Shown: piece by piece, positions 28,642 to 38,359 of the stretch
How the letters are laid out: the number at the start of each line of letters is the position of its first letter
Position numbering within the stretch: position 1 is the stretch's first letter
Source of the DNA: Candidatus Omnitrophota bacterium
GTDB lineage: Bacteria; Omnitrophota; Gorgyraeia; Gygaellales; Profunditerraquicolaceae
DNA: 64,000 nucleotides
Assembly (NCBI GenBank): GCA_041650835.1
Contig: JBAZKL010000002.1
Location: 270,477 to 334,476, forward strand
Direction: 5' to 3'
The notes under the pieces: model-generated
The model's database searches: none
Told to the model about the DNA's origin: nothing
What the model saw: only the letters and a program-made list of their open reading frames with translations
Translations under genes and position numbers: made by a program

Positions 28642-30357
28642 ATGTCCACAAAATCCACAGTAATGATCGGTACGTTGCTGCTCGATCAAGGCATTATCAC
28701 CCAGGAACAGTTAGAAGCGGGCTTAAAAGAACAGAAGAAAACAAACGAACATATCTGCACAACCCTGGTGAGGCTCGGATTTGCGCTCGAGGAAAGGATA
28801 TTCACCGTACTTTCCCGTCAACTCAACGTCCCGTACGTCAAATTAAACGAATTAGAAATTCCCTCCGCAGTGATCCAAAAGGTCACTCCGAAATTCTCAA
28901 GCCATTATAAGATCATCCCTATTGATTTGACCGAAAACACACTGACCATCGCCATAGCAGACCCTCTGGATACCCGCACCCTTGACGACCTGCGGTTGCT
29001 GCTGGGTTTCGAGGTAAAAGGCGTCTTGACCAGTGAATTCCAGATCCAGGAAGCTATAAGGAAATATTACGGGGTTGGAGCTGAAACGCTTGAAAAAATG
29101 ATCCAGCAAAAGCTTCCCGATGAAGGGGTCAACCTCGATATTCAGAAGACTGAAGACCTTGAAGCCCTGGCTGAAGGCGCCTCGATCATAAAATTCGTCA
29201 ATCAAATACTGACCGAAGCCATTAAAGACCGGGCGACCGATATCCATCTGGAGCCGTTTGAAGGCGAATTACGCACGCGCTTTCGCATTGACGGGATACT
29301 CTATAATATCAACACTCCCAAAACGATCAGTTCGTTCCATCAAGCGATCGTTTCACGCATTAAGATCATGGCGAGCCTTAATATCGCGGAACACAGGCTG
29401 CCGCAGGATGGAAGGATCAAGATCGGCGTTAATAACACCGAACTTGACCTGCGTATTTCCACGCTGCCGACAGCTTTCGGGGAAGCGGTGCATATCAGGA
29501 TCTTAAGCCAGCGGTTTTTCCTTGAACTTGAGAAATTAGGGCTCCTGCCGCAGGACCTTGCGATCATCGAACAAGTGATCAAAAAACCGCACGGGATCAT
29601 TTTCGTAACCGGCCCTACCGGTTCAGGAAAATCAACCACACTCTATGCCAGCCTCGCGCGGATCAATTCCGATTCGGTTAAGATCATAACCATAGAAGAC
29701 CCCATAGAATATCAGCTCAAAGGCGTCAACCAAATGCAGGTCATCCCTAAGATCGGCCTCGATTTTGCCATGGGACTGAGGCACATGCTTCGCCATGACC
29801 CGGACATCATGATGATCGGGGAAGTCAGGGATTATGAGACCGCGGAAATCGCAATTCGCGCCGCGTTAACAGGGCACCTCGTTTTTTCAACCCTGCATAC
29901 CAATGACGCGCCCGGGGCGGTAACGCGCCTCGTCGACATGGGAATCGAACCATTTTTAGTATCCTCTTCGCTTGAATGCCTTATTGCCCAGCGTTTAGTG
30001 CGTATGATCTGCCCAAAATGTAAAGCTGCATTACCGGCAAAGAAAGCGATCCTTGGACGGGTCGATGATATGAATATGCCCCATAAAAACACGGTATTTT
30101 ATGAAGGCAAAGGTTGTGAAGAATGCCGTTTTACCGGATACCAGGGGAGGACCGCGATCTATGAGATCCTCACGATCACCGAAGCTATAAGAGACATGAT
30201 CATAAATCACTCCTCAAGCCAGCAGATTAAGCAAAAAGCCATTTCTCAAGGAATGCGCACGATGCGGCAAAACGGCATGCAAAAAGTAGAACTCGGCATC
30301 ACCACGTTCACTGAAGTTGTCCGCGTCACCCAACAGGAAGAATTACCTGAAGAATAA
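28642..30357 (+). CDS. gspE: Type II secretion / type IV pilus assembly ATPase
   Basis: N-terminal GSPII_E_N domain, Walker A GPTGSGKSTT, Asp/His boxes and a C-terminal tetracysteine (CPKC…CEEC). Confidence 0.9.
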   Translation: MSTKSTVMIGTLLLDQGIITQEQLEAGLKEQKKTNEHICTTLVRLGFALEERIFTVLSRQLNVPYVKLNELEIPSAVIQKVTPKFSSHYKIIPIDLTENTLTIAIADPLDTRTLDDLRLLLGFEVKGVLTSEFQIQEAIRKYYGVGAETLEKMIQQKLPDEGVNLDIQKTEDLEALAEGASIIKFVNQILTEAIKDRATDIHLEPFEGELRTRFRIDGILYNINTPKTISSFHQAIVSRIKIMASLNIAEHRLPQDGRIKIGVNNTELDLRISTLPTAFGEAVHIRILSQRFFLELEKLGLLPQDLAIIEQVIKKPHGIIFVTGPTGSGKSTTLYASLARINSDSVKIITIEDPIEYQLKGVNQMQVIPKIGLDFAMGLRHMLRHDPDIMMIGEVRDYETAEIAIRAALTGHLVFSTLHTNDAPGAVTRLVDMGIEPFLVSSSLECLIAQRLVRMICPKCKAALPAKKAILGRVDDMNMPHKNTVFYEGKGCEECRFTGYQGRTAIYEILTITEAIRDMIINHSSSQQIKQKAISQGMRTMRQNGMQKVELGITTFTEVVRVTQQEELPEE

Positions 30358-30359
30358 GC

Positions 30360-31568
30360 ATGCAGAAATATATTTATACCGCGAAATCAAGGCCGGGAGA
30401 GACTATTCAGGACAGCATTGAAGCGGAAACTGAAGAAGACGCCATAAATAAAATAACCCAGTTGGGATATTTTCCGGTTTCTATTCAGAACTCAGCGCCC
30501 CGCCTTCAAAAATCAGGTTTTCGCAGGCTCTTAAAGATATCCGATAAGAATATCGCCCTTTTCACCGTTCAACTCGCAAGCCTCTTGGAATCGGGCGTCA
30601 CCATTTTAAACAGCCTCACCATTGTATCCAATCAAACTGCCGATGCGTACTTTAAATCGGTATTACAGGATATCGCTCATAAGATCAGGAACGGAAAATC
30701 TTTATCGGAGAGTTTTGCCGAATATCCCGGGTTGTTCGCGCCGTTATACATCTCCATGATCCACTCAGGCGAAGTCAGCGGAGCGGTGGAGCCCTCACTC
30801 AAACGGCTGGCAGAATTCATGGAAAAAGAGGAGGAATTCAAAAGTTCGCTCTGGGCTGCGTTAACCTATCCGTTTTTTCTCTTAGCGGTCAGTATCATAA
30901 CGGTTTTGGTCCTTTTAGGGTTTGTTATTCCCCGGCTGGTCTCTATGTTCTCCGATATGGGACAGGTTTTACCGTTGCCGACACAAATTTTAGTTAATTT
31001 CTCGGCATTCTTGCGTAACTACTGGCTCATTATAGGATTAATCCTTATAACGATGGTTTTCATTATCCGCCAGCTCTACCTAAAACCTGAAGGGAGGCTC
31101 ATCTTTGACCGTTTCAAGATCCATATGCCGGGATTAGGGACCATTATCTTAAAGACTGAGATCAGCCGTTTCGTCCGCACGTTATCTCTTTTAATTTCAG
31201 GAGGGATCCCGATCGTATACGCGCTGGATGTCACCACTGCATCTATCCAAAACGTACTTTTAAAAAAAGAGGTCTTAACCTTTAAAGAAAAACTATCGCA
31301 TGGAACAAGCCTTTCCCAATGCCTCAAGGATTCCCGCTTATTCCCTGCCTTAGTTACTAACATCGTCAATACGGGGGAGGAATCGGGAAACCTGGAAAAA
31401 GCTCTTTTAAGGATCGCCATAGATTATGAAAAAGAGGTCGACCGCGTCATTAAAACGTTAACCCGGCTTTTAGAGCCGGTCATAATCTTGATCATGGGAT
31501 TAGTCGTCGGGTTTATCGTCATCTCAATGCTCTTGCCTATATTCCAGATCAATTTAATCGTGAGATAG
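30360..31568 (+). CDS. gspF: Type II secretion system F-family inner-membrane platform protein
   Basis: 402 aa with two T2SSF repeats and three TM segments. Confidence 0.85.
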   Translation: MQKYIYTAKSRPGETIQDSIEAETEEDAINKITQLGYFPVSIQNSAPRLQKSGFRRLLKISDKNIALFTVQLASLLESGVTILNSLTIVSNQTADAYFKSVLQDIAHKIRNGKSLSESFAEYPGLFAPLYISMIHSGEVSGAVEPSLKRLAEFMEKEEEFKSSLWAALTYPFFLLAVSIITVLVLLGFVIPRLVSMFSDMGQVLPLPTQILVNFSAFLRNYWLIIGLILITMVFIIRQLYLKPEGRLIFDRFKIHMPGLGTIILKTEISRFVRTLSLLISGGIPIVYALDVTTASIQNVLLKKEVLTFKEKLSHGTSLSQCLKDSRLFPALVTNIVNTGEESGNLEKALLRIAIDYEKEVDRVIKTLTRLLEPVIILIMGLVVGFIVISMLLPIFQINLIVR

Positions 31569-31572
31569 CCGA

Positions 31573-31992
31573 ATGGAACTAAAAACCTCGCCAAAACCTC
31601 ATCAAGCCTTTACCTTGATCGAATTGATCCTCGTCATAGTCATCATCGGGGTCTTAGCCGCGATGGTCGCTCCCCGGCTCGTGGGACGTTCTGAGCAGGC
31701 GAAGACCGCCGCCGCCCAATCAGAAATAAACGCAACCATCGCCCTGGCATTAGACGCGTTTGAAACCGATAATGACCGTTATCCCACGACCGCAGAAGGA
31801 CTCCAGTCGCTTATCGCTGACCCCGGATCGCTGCCTGGATGGAAAGGGCCGTACCTGAAAAAGATCCCCCATGACCCCTGGGGCCGGGCATACGCTTATA
31901 CCTCTCCCGGAACGCATAACCAGGATTATGATCTTTCATCTGCCGGCACCAACCTGATCGAAGGGGATAATGACGATATTGTTAACTGGTAA
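31573..31992 (+). CDS. gspG: Major pseudopilin GspG
   Basis: Prepilin leader plus GFTLIELILVIVIIGVLAA and the GspG hallmark DPWGRAYAY. Confidence 0.85.
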   Translation: MELKTSPKPHQAFTLIELILVIVIIGVLAAMVAPRLVGRSEQAKTAAAQSEINATIALALDAFETDNDRYPTTAEGLQSLIADPGSLPGWKGPYLKKIPHDPWGRAYAYTSPGTHNQDYDLSSAGTNLIEGDNDDIVNW

Positions 31993-31999
31993 GACAGCT

Positions 32000-32440
32000 A
32001 TGCGCAAAACGCCCGCGCGGGACGGTTTCACCTTCATTGAACTGCTTATCGTCATAACGCTGCTGGGGATCCTGACCGCCTTATCAATTCCCCAATTCAA
32101 GCGTTCCGCCGAAAACATGCAATTAACAAACAGCTCCGGGCAATTACAATCATATATTAATTTCCTGATCCAACGTTCACTCGTCGAAACAGTGCCGATA
32201 CGCCTGGTCCTGGACACGCAAAAAAACAGTTACCGGGCGCAAAGAAAAGAAGATATCGGTTACTTCCGGAATTTCCCGCTGCCCGAGGGGATAAAAATGG
32301 CAGCCGACAAACAGGAAATATTCGTATATCCTGACGGAACGATAGATAAGATCACGATCACGCTTACCAACAGGCAGAATAAGAGCATTACGCTCACCAC
32401 GCAAGGGGTGTTCGGTGGGACCAGGATCAAAACGCAATAA
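32000..32440 (+). CDS. Minor pseudopilin (GspH-like)
   Basis: MRKTPARDGFTFIELLIVITLLGIL prepilin N-terminus. An alternative upstream ATG at 31970 exists. Confidence 0.6.
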   Translation: MRKTPARDGFTFIELLIVITLLGILTALSIPQFKRSAENMQLTNSSGQLQSYINFLIQRSLVETVPIRLVLDTQKNSYRAQRKEDIGYFRNFPLPEGIKMAADKQEIFVYPDGTIDKITITLTNRQNKSITLTTQGVFGGTRIKTQ

Positions 32441-32789
32441 AAAAGCATTTTCATTACTGGAATTATTGCTCTCTATAGCGATACTTTCAACAGGTATCGT
32501 GGTCATCTTACAGGGTTTCACTTTTTCAACCCGCTCAGCGGCATTATCCTCCGACATGATACAAGCTATTTTCCTGGCGAAAGACAAACTGCAAGAGCTC
32601 GAATTCAAGGAAAATAACGCCCTTATCGCTTTTGAACCCCCTGACAGCCGCAAAACCGTTGGAAGGTTCCAAATGCGCTTTCTCAATGAACTCAACAAAG
32701 ACCTAAACCTATATACCTTAAACGCTGAAATAGCCTGGAAAAGGTCAAAAAGGGAAGAAAAGATGACCATGCAAACATATTTACGATGA
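32415..32789 (+). CDS. Minor pseudopilin (GspI-like)
   Basis: Short basic leader followed by AFSLLELLLSIAILSTGIVVI. Ala rather than Gly at the predicted cleavage site. Confidence 0.5.
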   Translation: MGPGSKRNKKAFSLLELLLSIAILSTGIVVILQGFTFSTRSAALSSDMIQAIFLAKDKLQELEFKENNALIAFEPPDSRKTVGRFQMRFLNELNKDLNLYTLNAEIAWKRSKREEKMTMQTYLR

Positions 32790-33364
32790 CCAATAAATAC
32801 CGGGGATTCACGCTTATAGAATTACTCATTGCCTCAACGCTCTTAGTCATCGTAGCCCTCAGTATTTTTTCTGCGCTCCAAACGGGGATATTTGGCTACG
32901 GGAACATTGACGAAACCCTCAACGGTTATTCAACAGGAGGGTACATATTAGAACGCATCAATACCGACTTAAGAAATGCGTTCTTGTTCTCAAAAAGCAA
33001 GCCTCATTTCTCGGGAACCGCGGCTGAAATCAGTTTTCTGACTATACTCGACAGCTACGAAGGGAACAGTCGTTCTAAAGATTTCGCGTTTATTTCCTAT
33101 AAACTTTCTGATAAGAAACTGTTGCGGTTATGCCGGAAGAACGCGGAAAGCCTCAACGAAAATTCCAGCATCCAACCTGAAGAAATGGTAGGTGATATCG
33201 ACACGATCTTGTTTTCGTACGGCTTGGCTGCCGACCCGAAAGAACCGCTCCTGTGGCAGGCGACCTGGAGCGCTCAAGAGAAATTGCCGAACGCGGTAAA
33301 GGTGATCCTGTCGATAAAGCAAAAAACACCGATTACCTTGGAACGGACTATTTATCTGCCTTAA
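32786..33364 (+). CDS. Minor pseudopilin (GspJ-like)
   Basis: MTNKYRGFTLIELLIASTLLVIVAL prepilin N-terminus. About 190 aa. Confidence 0.55.
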   Translation: MTNKYRGFTLIELLIASTLLVIVALSIFSALQTGIFGYGNIDETLNGYSTGGYILERINTDLRNAFLFSKSKPHFSGTAAEISFLTILDSYEGNSRSKDFAFISYKLSDKKLLRLCRKNAESLNENSSIQPEEMVGDIDTILFSYGLAADPKEPLLWQATWSAQEKLPNAVKVILSIKQKTPITLERTIYLP

Positions 33365-33388
33365 GGATAATAACCGGTCACGACATCG

Positions 33389-34360
33389 ATGATACGAAAT
33401 AAAGCGCAAGCGCTGATAATTACTCTCTGGACACTTATTATTTTAGCGATACTTGCAATAAGTATCGCCCACCGGGTTTCATTTTCACTCAAGGCCAGCA
33501 ATTTCCATAAAAACAAGCTTAAAGCTCAATACTGCGCTCACGCGGGATTAAACCGCGCGATCAGGGAGATCGATAATGACCAGACGCCGGATCGCGACTC
33601 CTTGAGAGAAAGCTGGGCGAACAACAAAGATATATTTGGAAAGATCGCCTTTAGTCAAGACTCAGGCAGCTTCTCAAGCGTCAGCTATCAGGCGGCCAAC
33701 ACCCAGGAAAATAGCCTGGTATTCGGGGTACGCGATGAAGAACGTTCGATCAACATCAATACCGCTTCCCGGGAATTATTGCTTTCTCTGTTTGAAAATT
33801 GCCAGATCCCTAACCCGAATGATCTTATTGATAATATCCTGATCTGGAGGGGAGACAAGGCCGACGAAAATAAAATTTATGAAAAAGCGGGTTATCCCTG
33901 TAAAGCGGATAAATTCAGCGTTCTTGAAGAATTACTCCTGGTTAAAGATTTCACCAAAGAATATCTGGAGAAACTAAGGATTTTTATAACCACCTATGGC
34001 AGCAATTCAACGGATGCGATCAATATAAACACCGCTTCACCTGAAACCCTGAAGGTCTTCTGCCGGTATGTCGCCCGTACCCTTGCGGAACCGCTCGAAG
34101 ACAATTACGCGGACGCGGTCGCGTCCAAAATAATAGAATTGCGCGACACTCAAGGTGAATTCCTTGATAAGAACGGGATCACCATAACGCTCTCCGGAGA
34201 TGAAGAAACCAACATATTCAACAGCCTCGTTGAAAAAGTTGAATTTAAATCCAACTATTTTTTAATTGAAGTTACCGGAAATACGGGTACAATAAAGAGT
34301 GGCATTGCCGCGGTTTACAACCGGGAAGAAAAGAAAATAATATCCTTTCATGAAAGCTAA
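33389..34360 (+). CDS. GspK-like minor pseudopilin
   Basis: N-terminal ALIITLWTLIILAILAISIA and two ININTAS helix-hairpin-helix-like segments typical of GspK. Confidence 0.6.
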   Translation: MIRNKAQALIITLWTLIILAILAISIAHRVSFSLKASNFHKNKLKAQYCAHAGLNRAIREIDNDQTPDRDSLRESWANNKDIFGKIAFSQDSGSFSSVSYQAANTQENSLVFGVRDEERSININTASRELLLSLFENCQIPNPNDLIDNILIWRGDKADENKIYEKAGYPCKADKFSVLEELLLVKDFTKEYLEKLRIFITTYGSNSTDAININTASPETLKVFCRYVARTLAEPLEDNYADAVASKIIELRDTQGEFLDKNGITITLSGDEETNIFNSLVEKVEFKSNYFLIEVTGNTGTIKSGIAAVYNREEKKIISFHES

Positions 34361-35792
34361 AGCTAAAAATCAGATTTTTGTCTGCCAGGTGATCGAAAAT
34401 ACCGTCAGGGTGCTTACATGCGCTCCCGAGCGTACTGGCCCCTTTGATTTTACCGCATTAGAAGTCATAGCATTGCCCGCCGATGAGGGAGCGGACGAAA
34501 AAAAGATCGCGCAAACATTAGCTGAAACCTTAAAAAAACTCGGATTCCAAAGGCAGGAGATCATTCTTTCTTTCCCTCGCGCGAACACGACCTGCCGGTA
34601 TCTCAAATTCCCCACAAACATACCCGAAGAAATAGATAAAATGCTTTCTTTACAAGCTTCACAATACCTGCCGTACCCCACGCAAGAATTGATCACCGCC
34701 TATCAGGTGATTGATCAAGATAAAAACGGCTTTACGCTGATCAACGCGGTTATCGCCCATGCAGAATCTGTCAAGCGCTCTCTCCGTATCTTTAACAACC
34801 TCAAATACTCTAAACTTTCGCTTATCTTAAGTTCCTACGGCATTAATAATCTTTTTTGCGCTTTATTCCCCCGGGAGACCGATCCCGTGATGCTTCTGGA
34901 TATTGACGGACAACAGGTAGAATTGATCGTCACCGGTAACGGTAAGATAATCTTCAACCGGTACTTTAAATTAAGCGGCGACTCATCCTTCTGGAAAAAC
35001 CTGCTGCGAGAAGAGATCCTAAAGACCCAGGATGCCTTTATAAAAGAAATAGGAAGACCGGCTCCTCAAAAAATGGTCTGTTTAGGGACCAAACAATCAC
35101 TGGCGCGGATCAACGAAATGCTCGATGAACAGTCCATCGCGTCCTGTGAAATGCGGCTCTTCCCCGATAAATTAAGATTATCCGATGCGGTAAACGAAGT
35201 ACTCTCTCAAACGCCGTTTTCTTATGCCGGTTTATTCGGCCTGGGCAAAAGCGAACCGGAAGAATCCTTAAAGCTCATCCCTCAGGATATCAAATCAGTA
35301 CATAAAAGGCTCACCCGGCGCTCTGAATATATCCGCGTTTCTCTCATGACCCTTGGCATCATATTCATGGTAGGCGCCGGAATAAACAAGTTCCTTGCTA
35401 CAAAAGCCGATTATTTAACCCGCTTAAAAAATGAACTTTCAAAGCTGGAAGCGCAGGCAAAACCGCTTGAAGAGATCGATACCAGACTTAAGATATTAGC
35501 AAGCAGGGCGGAAAAGCGGCTTTCAAGCCTTCAAGTATTCTATGAATTGAACAAAGCGCTCCCCGGGGCGATATCATTAACCAGCTTCACCTATGAAGAA
35601 AATTCGCAGATCATATTACACGGCCAAGCGCAAACCTTAAGTATCATATTCGAATTTGTATCTCAAATAGAAAAACAGCCGGTATTCAAGAATTTCACGG
35701 TAAAAGTAAAATATGCTACCCAGAATAAAAGCCAAACCGGCGATATAGTGGATTTTGAAATCACCTGTAACAATACTCCGGGAAAACAGTAA
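34350..35792 (+). CDS. PilM/GspL-like actin-fold protein fused to a PilN/GspM-like bitopic segment
   Basis: Roughly the first 330 aa have a PilM-like pattern. A TM helix RVSLMTLGIIFMVGAG then a coiled coil and a C-terminal periplasmic domain follow, as in PilN. Confidence 0.55.
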   Translation: MKAKAKNQIFVCQVIENTVRVLTCAPERTGPFDFTALEVIALPADEGADEKKIAQTLAETLKKLGFQRQEIILSFPRANTTCRYLKFPTNIPEEIDKMLSLQASQYLPYPTQELITAYQVIDQDKNGFTLINAVIAHAESVKRSLRIFNNLKYSKLSLILSSYGINNLFCALFPRETDPVMLLDIDGQQVELIVTGNGKIIFNRYFKLSGDSSFWKNLLREEILKTQDAFIKEIGRPAPQKMVCLGTKQSLARINEMLDEQSIASCEMRLFPDKLRLSDAVNEVLSQTPFSYAGLFGLGKSEPEESLKLIPQDIKSVHKRLTRRSEYIRVSLMTLGIIFMVGAGINKFLATKADYLTRLKNELSKLEAQAKPLEEIDTRLKILASRAEKRLSSLQVFYELNKALPGAISLTSFTYEENSQIILHGQAQTLSIIFEFVSQIEKQPVFKNFTVKVKYATQNKSQTGDIVDFEITCNNTPGKQ

Positions 35793-36319
35793 TGCAGAAA
35801 ATACTCACTCAAAGAGAAAAAACCACTTTATTCGCTACAATAGGGATAGTCTTCTTGAGCATATTGTATAATTTTACCATAACACCCGTCATCCGGAAAA
35901 ACAGCCTTTTAAATAAAGATATCCTCAGTACAAGAATGAAATTGAAAAAATACCTTATACTTTTAAGCCAAAAACAAAGCCTGCAAACAAAATACAACTA
36001 TTTAAACGTTGAAAAACCGGCTTCCGGGGTAAAAGAGAATTCAACGCTTATAACCCTTTCAGAAATTGAGAATATGGCGAATACCGCTCATATCCGTATC
36101 TTAGATATCAGGCCTCAATTGCGAAAAACTGAAGGCAGTTACGATGAAATCCTGATCGAATTAAGGACAGAAGGCTCACTCAATGATTATATTAAATTCA
36201 TTTATGACCTGGAGAACTCACTTTTATTATTACGGATCAAGCGATTTCAATTCAACTCCCGCAGTAACTCCGCGTTGCTTGAAGCGAATTTCAGCGTTTC
36301 CAAACTTGCTATTGATTAA
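35792..36319 (+). CDS. PilO/GspM-like inner-membrane protein
   Basis: N-terminal TM LFATIGIVFLSILYNF, a coiled coil and about 175 aa. Sits where pilO is expected. Confidence 0.5.
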   Translation: MQKILTQREKTTLFATIGIVFLSILYNFTITPVIRKNSLLNKDILSTRMKLKKYLILLSQKQSLQTKYNYLNVEKPASGVKENSTLITLSEIENMANTAHIRILDIRPQLRKTEGSYDEILIELRTEGSLNDYIKFIYDLENSLLLLRIKRFQFNSRSNSALLEANFSVSKLAID

Positions 36320-36381
36320 ACCATCCAAACCATAGATCACAAGAACATAATTATTACTCCCAAAAGCTTACTCAATAATTC

Positions 36382-36409
36382 TTGACAAATACGCAGGAAC
36401 TGATATACT
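36382..36409 (+). promoter_or_regulatory. Sigma70-type promoter TTGACA-16-TATACT with an overlapping perfect palindrome
   Basis: TTGACA 36382-87 and TATACT 36404-09. TACTCTC-N6-GAGAGTA at 36406-36425 overlaps the -10 and the transcription start. Confidence 0.5.
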
Positions 36410-36432
36410 CTCCAACTAGAGAGTAAAGGGAG

Positions 36433-36660
36433 GTGGCTATTTCTAACACTTACTTAATAAAAGATTTAGCTCGCATTACCGGTTATTCAATTCACACCAT
36501 AAAGTTTTACCTCAAGATCGGCCTTCTGCAAGAGATCAGCCGGAGCCCTGAAACCCATTATCGGTATTTCAATGATTCCAGCGTTGAAACTTTAAAAGCA
36601 ATCCGCAATTTACGTAAACAAGGCAAATCAATAAAAGAAATAAAAAATGAGTTACTTTAA
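36433..36660 (+). CDS. MerR-family HTH transcriptional regulator (short, 75 aa)
   Basis: YLIKDLARITGYSIHTIKFYLKIGLL is a MerR-type HTH. GTG start directly after AAGGGAGG. Confidence 0.6.
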   Translation: MAISNTYLIKDLARITGYSIHTIKFYLKIGLLQEISRSPETHYRYFNDSSVETLKAIRNLRKQGKSIKEIKNELL

Positions 36661-37459
36661 GGTTTTAGGCCTTGAAAAAGAACCCTTTTCCACCAGCCCT
36701 GACCCTTCGTTTCTGTATCGTTCCGTCAGCCACGACACCGCGCTCAAACGCATCGAGATCGCCATACGGCTGCGCAGAGGCTTAAGTTTGATCTTAGGTG
36801 ACGTCGGCATGGGTAAAACAACGCTCTCTCGCACGCTCCTGCAAACTTTTAAAAGCGAAAATGACTTTGTCTTCCACATGATACTCGACCCGGGGTACAA
36901 ATCAGAATTTCAGTTCTTATTGAGCCTGACAAAGATTTTCGGGATAAGATCGACTTTTAAATCTACATTGACCTTTAAGGAAGACCTGGAAAAATATTTG
37001 TTTCATGCCGGTATTAACGAAAATAAAACGATCATTCTCCTAATTGATGAAGGGCAAACCATCTCGACCGAGAACCTCGAAGTCTTACGCATGCTGCTTA
37101 ACTATGAAACCAATGAATTCAAGCTTTTACAACTGGTGATCTTAGCGCAAATGGAACTCCTGCCGAGGATCAAGAGGATCAATAACTTCGTCGATCGTAT
37201 CGCCCTTAAATACACTATTAATCCGTTCGATGAAACAGAAGTAAAAGAAATGATCGTATTCCGGCTTCTGCAGGCAGGGCATAAGTCTCCCGACGAGTTA
37301 TTTTCACCGGGCGCGATCCGCTTGATCCATGAGCAAACTCAAGGGCATCCCCGAAAGATAGCGCTGCTCTGCCATGATGCCCTCGAGACTATCGTCATGC
37401 AGGATAAACACACAGTCAACGAAGAAATTATCCAAAATCTATTAAAGGCGCGGGTCTAA
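36647..37459 (+). CDS. ExeA/GspA-like AAA ATPase
   Basis: LGLEKEPFSTSPDPSFLY…LGDVGMGKTTL and the LLIDEGQ Walker B are characteristic of the ExeA family. Confidence 0.7.
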   Translation: MSYFKVLGLEKEPFSTSPDPSFLYRSVSHDTALKRIEIAIRLRRGLSLILGDVGMGKTTLSRTLLQTFKSENDFVFHMILDPGYKSEFQFLLSLTKIFGIRSTFKSTLTFKEDLEKYLFHAGINENKTIILLIDEGQTISTENLEVLRMLLNYETNEFKLLQLVILAQMELLPRIKRINNFVDRIALKYTINPFDETEVKEMIVFRLLQAGHKSPDELFSPGAIRLIHEQTQGHPRKIALLCHDALETIVMQDKHTVNEEIIQNLLKARV

Positions 37460-37461
37460 TT

Positions 37462-38097
37462 ATGGCTGACAACATTTCCCCTGAAGAAAAACTTTTACGG
37501 CTTATACGAAATGAGCCCAAACGGCAGCTTCCCCCGGAAAAACAATCGGTACTGCAAACCGGAAGGGTCAACCCTGTCCAAGAACCAGTTAGCCGGGCAA
37601 AAAAAGAAAAGTTAACGGCCAACCTGCGGAAAAAGATCTTATCATTGAATCCGTCAAGAATAGTATTGATCTGTTTTTTTATTTCTCTGGCTTATTTTAC
37701 CGGCTCCTTCGTTTATCCTGTTTTGATCCCTTCCCGGATCAAGATTCCTGACATACAGCAACAAAACATCAAGCAGGAGCCTGTTATAGATCAAAGCTCC
37801 ATAAAACCGCTTGAGTTTTACCGGATGGGCATCGCCAATCAAGAGATGTTTCACAGCCAACCCGCGCAGGAAACAGCCGCGAGCGCCTCAGCAGTCAATC
37901 ACGACATCCTCAATGACATAAACCTTATTGGGGTCATTGCCGGCGATAACCCGCAGGCAGTCATAGAAGACAAAAAAACAGGCAAGACCTTTTATGTTTC
38001 CAAAGGACAACTCATAGGAGATCTTCAGGTAGAAGATATACTTGACGGCAAAATAATCCTTAATCTTAAGGGACAGAAATTTGAACTCTATTTATAA
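37462..38097 (+). CDS. PilP/GspC-like bitopic protein (HR-domain candidate)
   Basis: N-terminal TM, Pro/Gln-rich linker and a C-terminal beta-rich segment LIGVIAGDNPQAVIEDKKTGKTFYVSKGQLIGDLQVEDI…. Lies immediately upstream of the secretin. Weak assignment. Confidence 0.4.
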   Translation: MADNISPEEKLLRLIRNEPKRQLPPEKQSVLQTGRVNPVQEPVSRAKKEKLTANLRKKILSLNPSRIVLICFFISLAYFTGSFVYPVLIPSRIKIPDIQQQNIKQEPVIDQSSIKPLEFYRMGIANQEMFHSQPAQETAASASAVNHDILNDINLIGVIAGDNPQAVIEDKKTGKTFYVSKGQLIGDLQVEDILDGKIILNLKGQKFELYL

Positions 38098-38346
38098 ATG
38101 GGACACCCCGGTACAAAGGACCGCAGGGTATTACGCTTACTGCGGAATGTTTCACTTGCTGTTTTACACCCCGCGCTCATAGCACCCCAGCTTATCGGAT
38201 TGCTGGGTATGCCGCCTTCTGCCCAGAAAGGGCGCACCCAGTATACCTATGAGCTGGAGTGCTGCGGCAGAATTGCGCGGGTGTTTCACTTGCTGTTTTA
38301 CACCCCGCGCTTAAGAGGAATTGCGCGGGTGTTTCACTTGCTGTGA
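38098..38346 (+). repeat. Hairpin-forming tandem repeat array (family shared with 56590-56775)
   Basis: Unit GAATTGCGCGGGTGTTTCACTTGCTGTTTTACACCCCGCGCT at 38262-38311. A truncated copy at 38140-38177 and a partial copy at 38316-38344. Shared leader GGGTATGCCGCCTTCTGC at 38205-38222. Stems GCGCGGGTGT / ACACCCCGCGC. Confidence 0.8.
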
Positions 38347-38359
38347 AAGGAGAAAAAAG

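Noticed and set aside
38098-38346. The tabulated 82-aa ORF (MGHPGTKDRRV…) and the idea that the repeats form a CRISPR array.
   Set aside because: The ORF is made of the tandem repeat units themselves and has no RBS or domain. The repeats are contiguous with no unique spacers, and at 56590-56775 they are perfect back-to-back 49-bp copies. No cas genes are present in the window. Both points are inconsistent with CRISPR.
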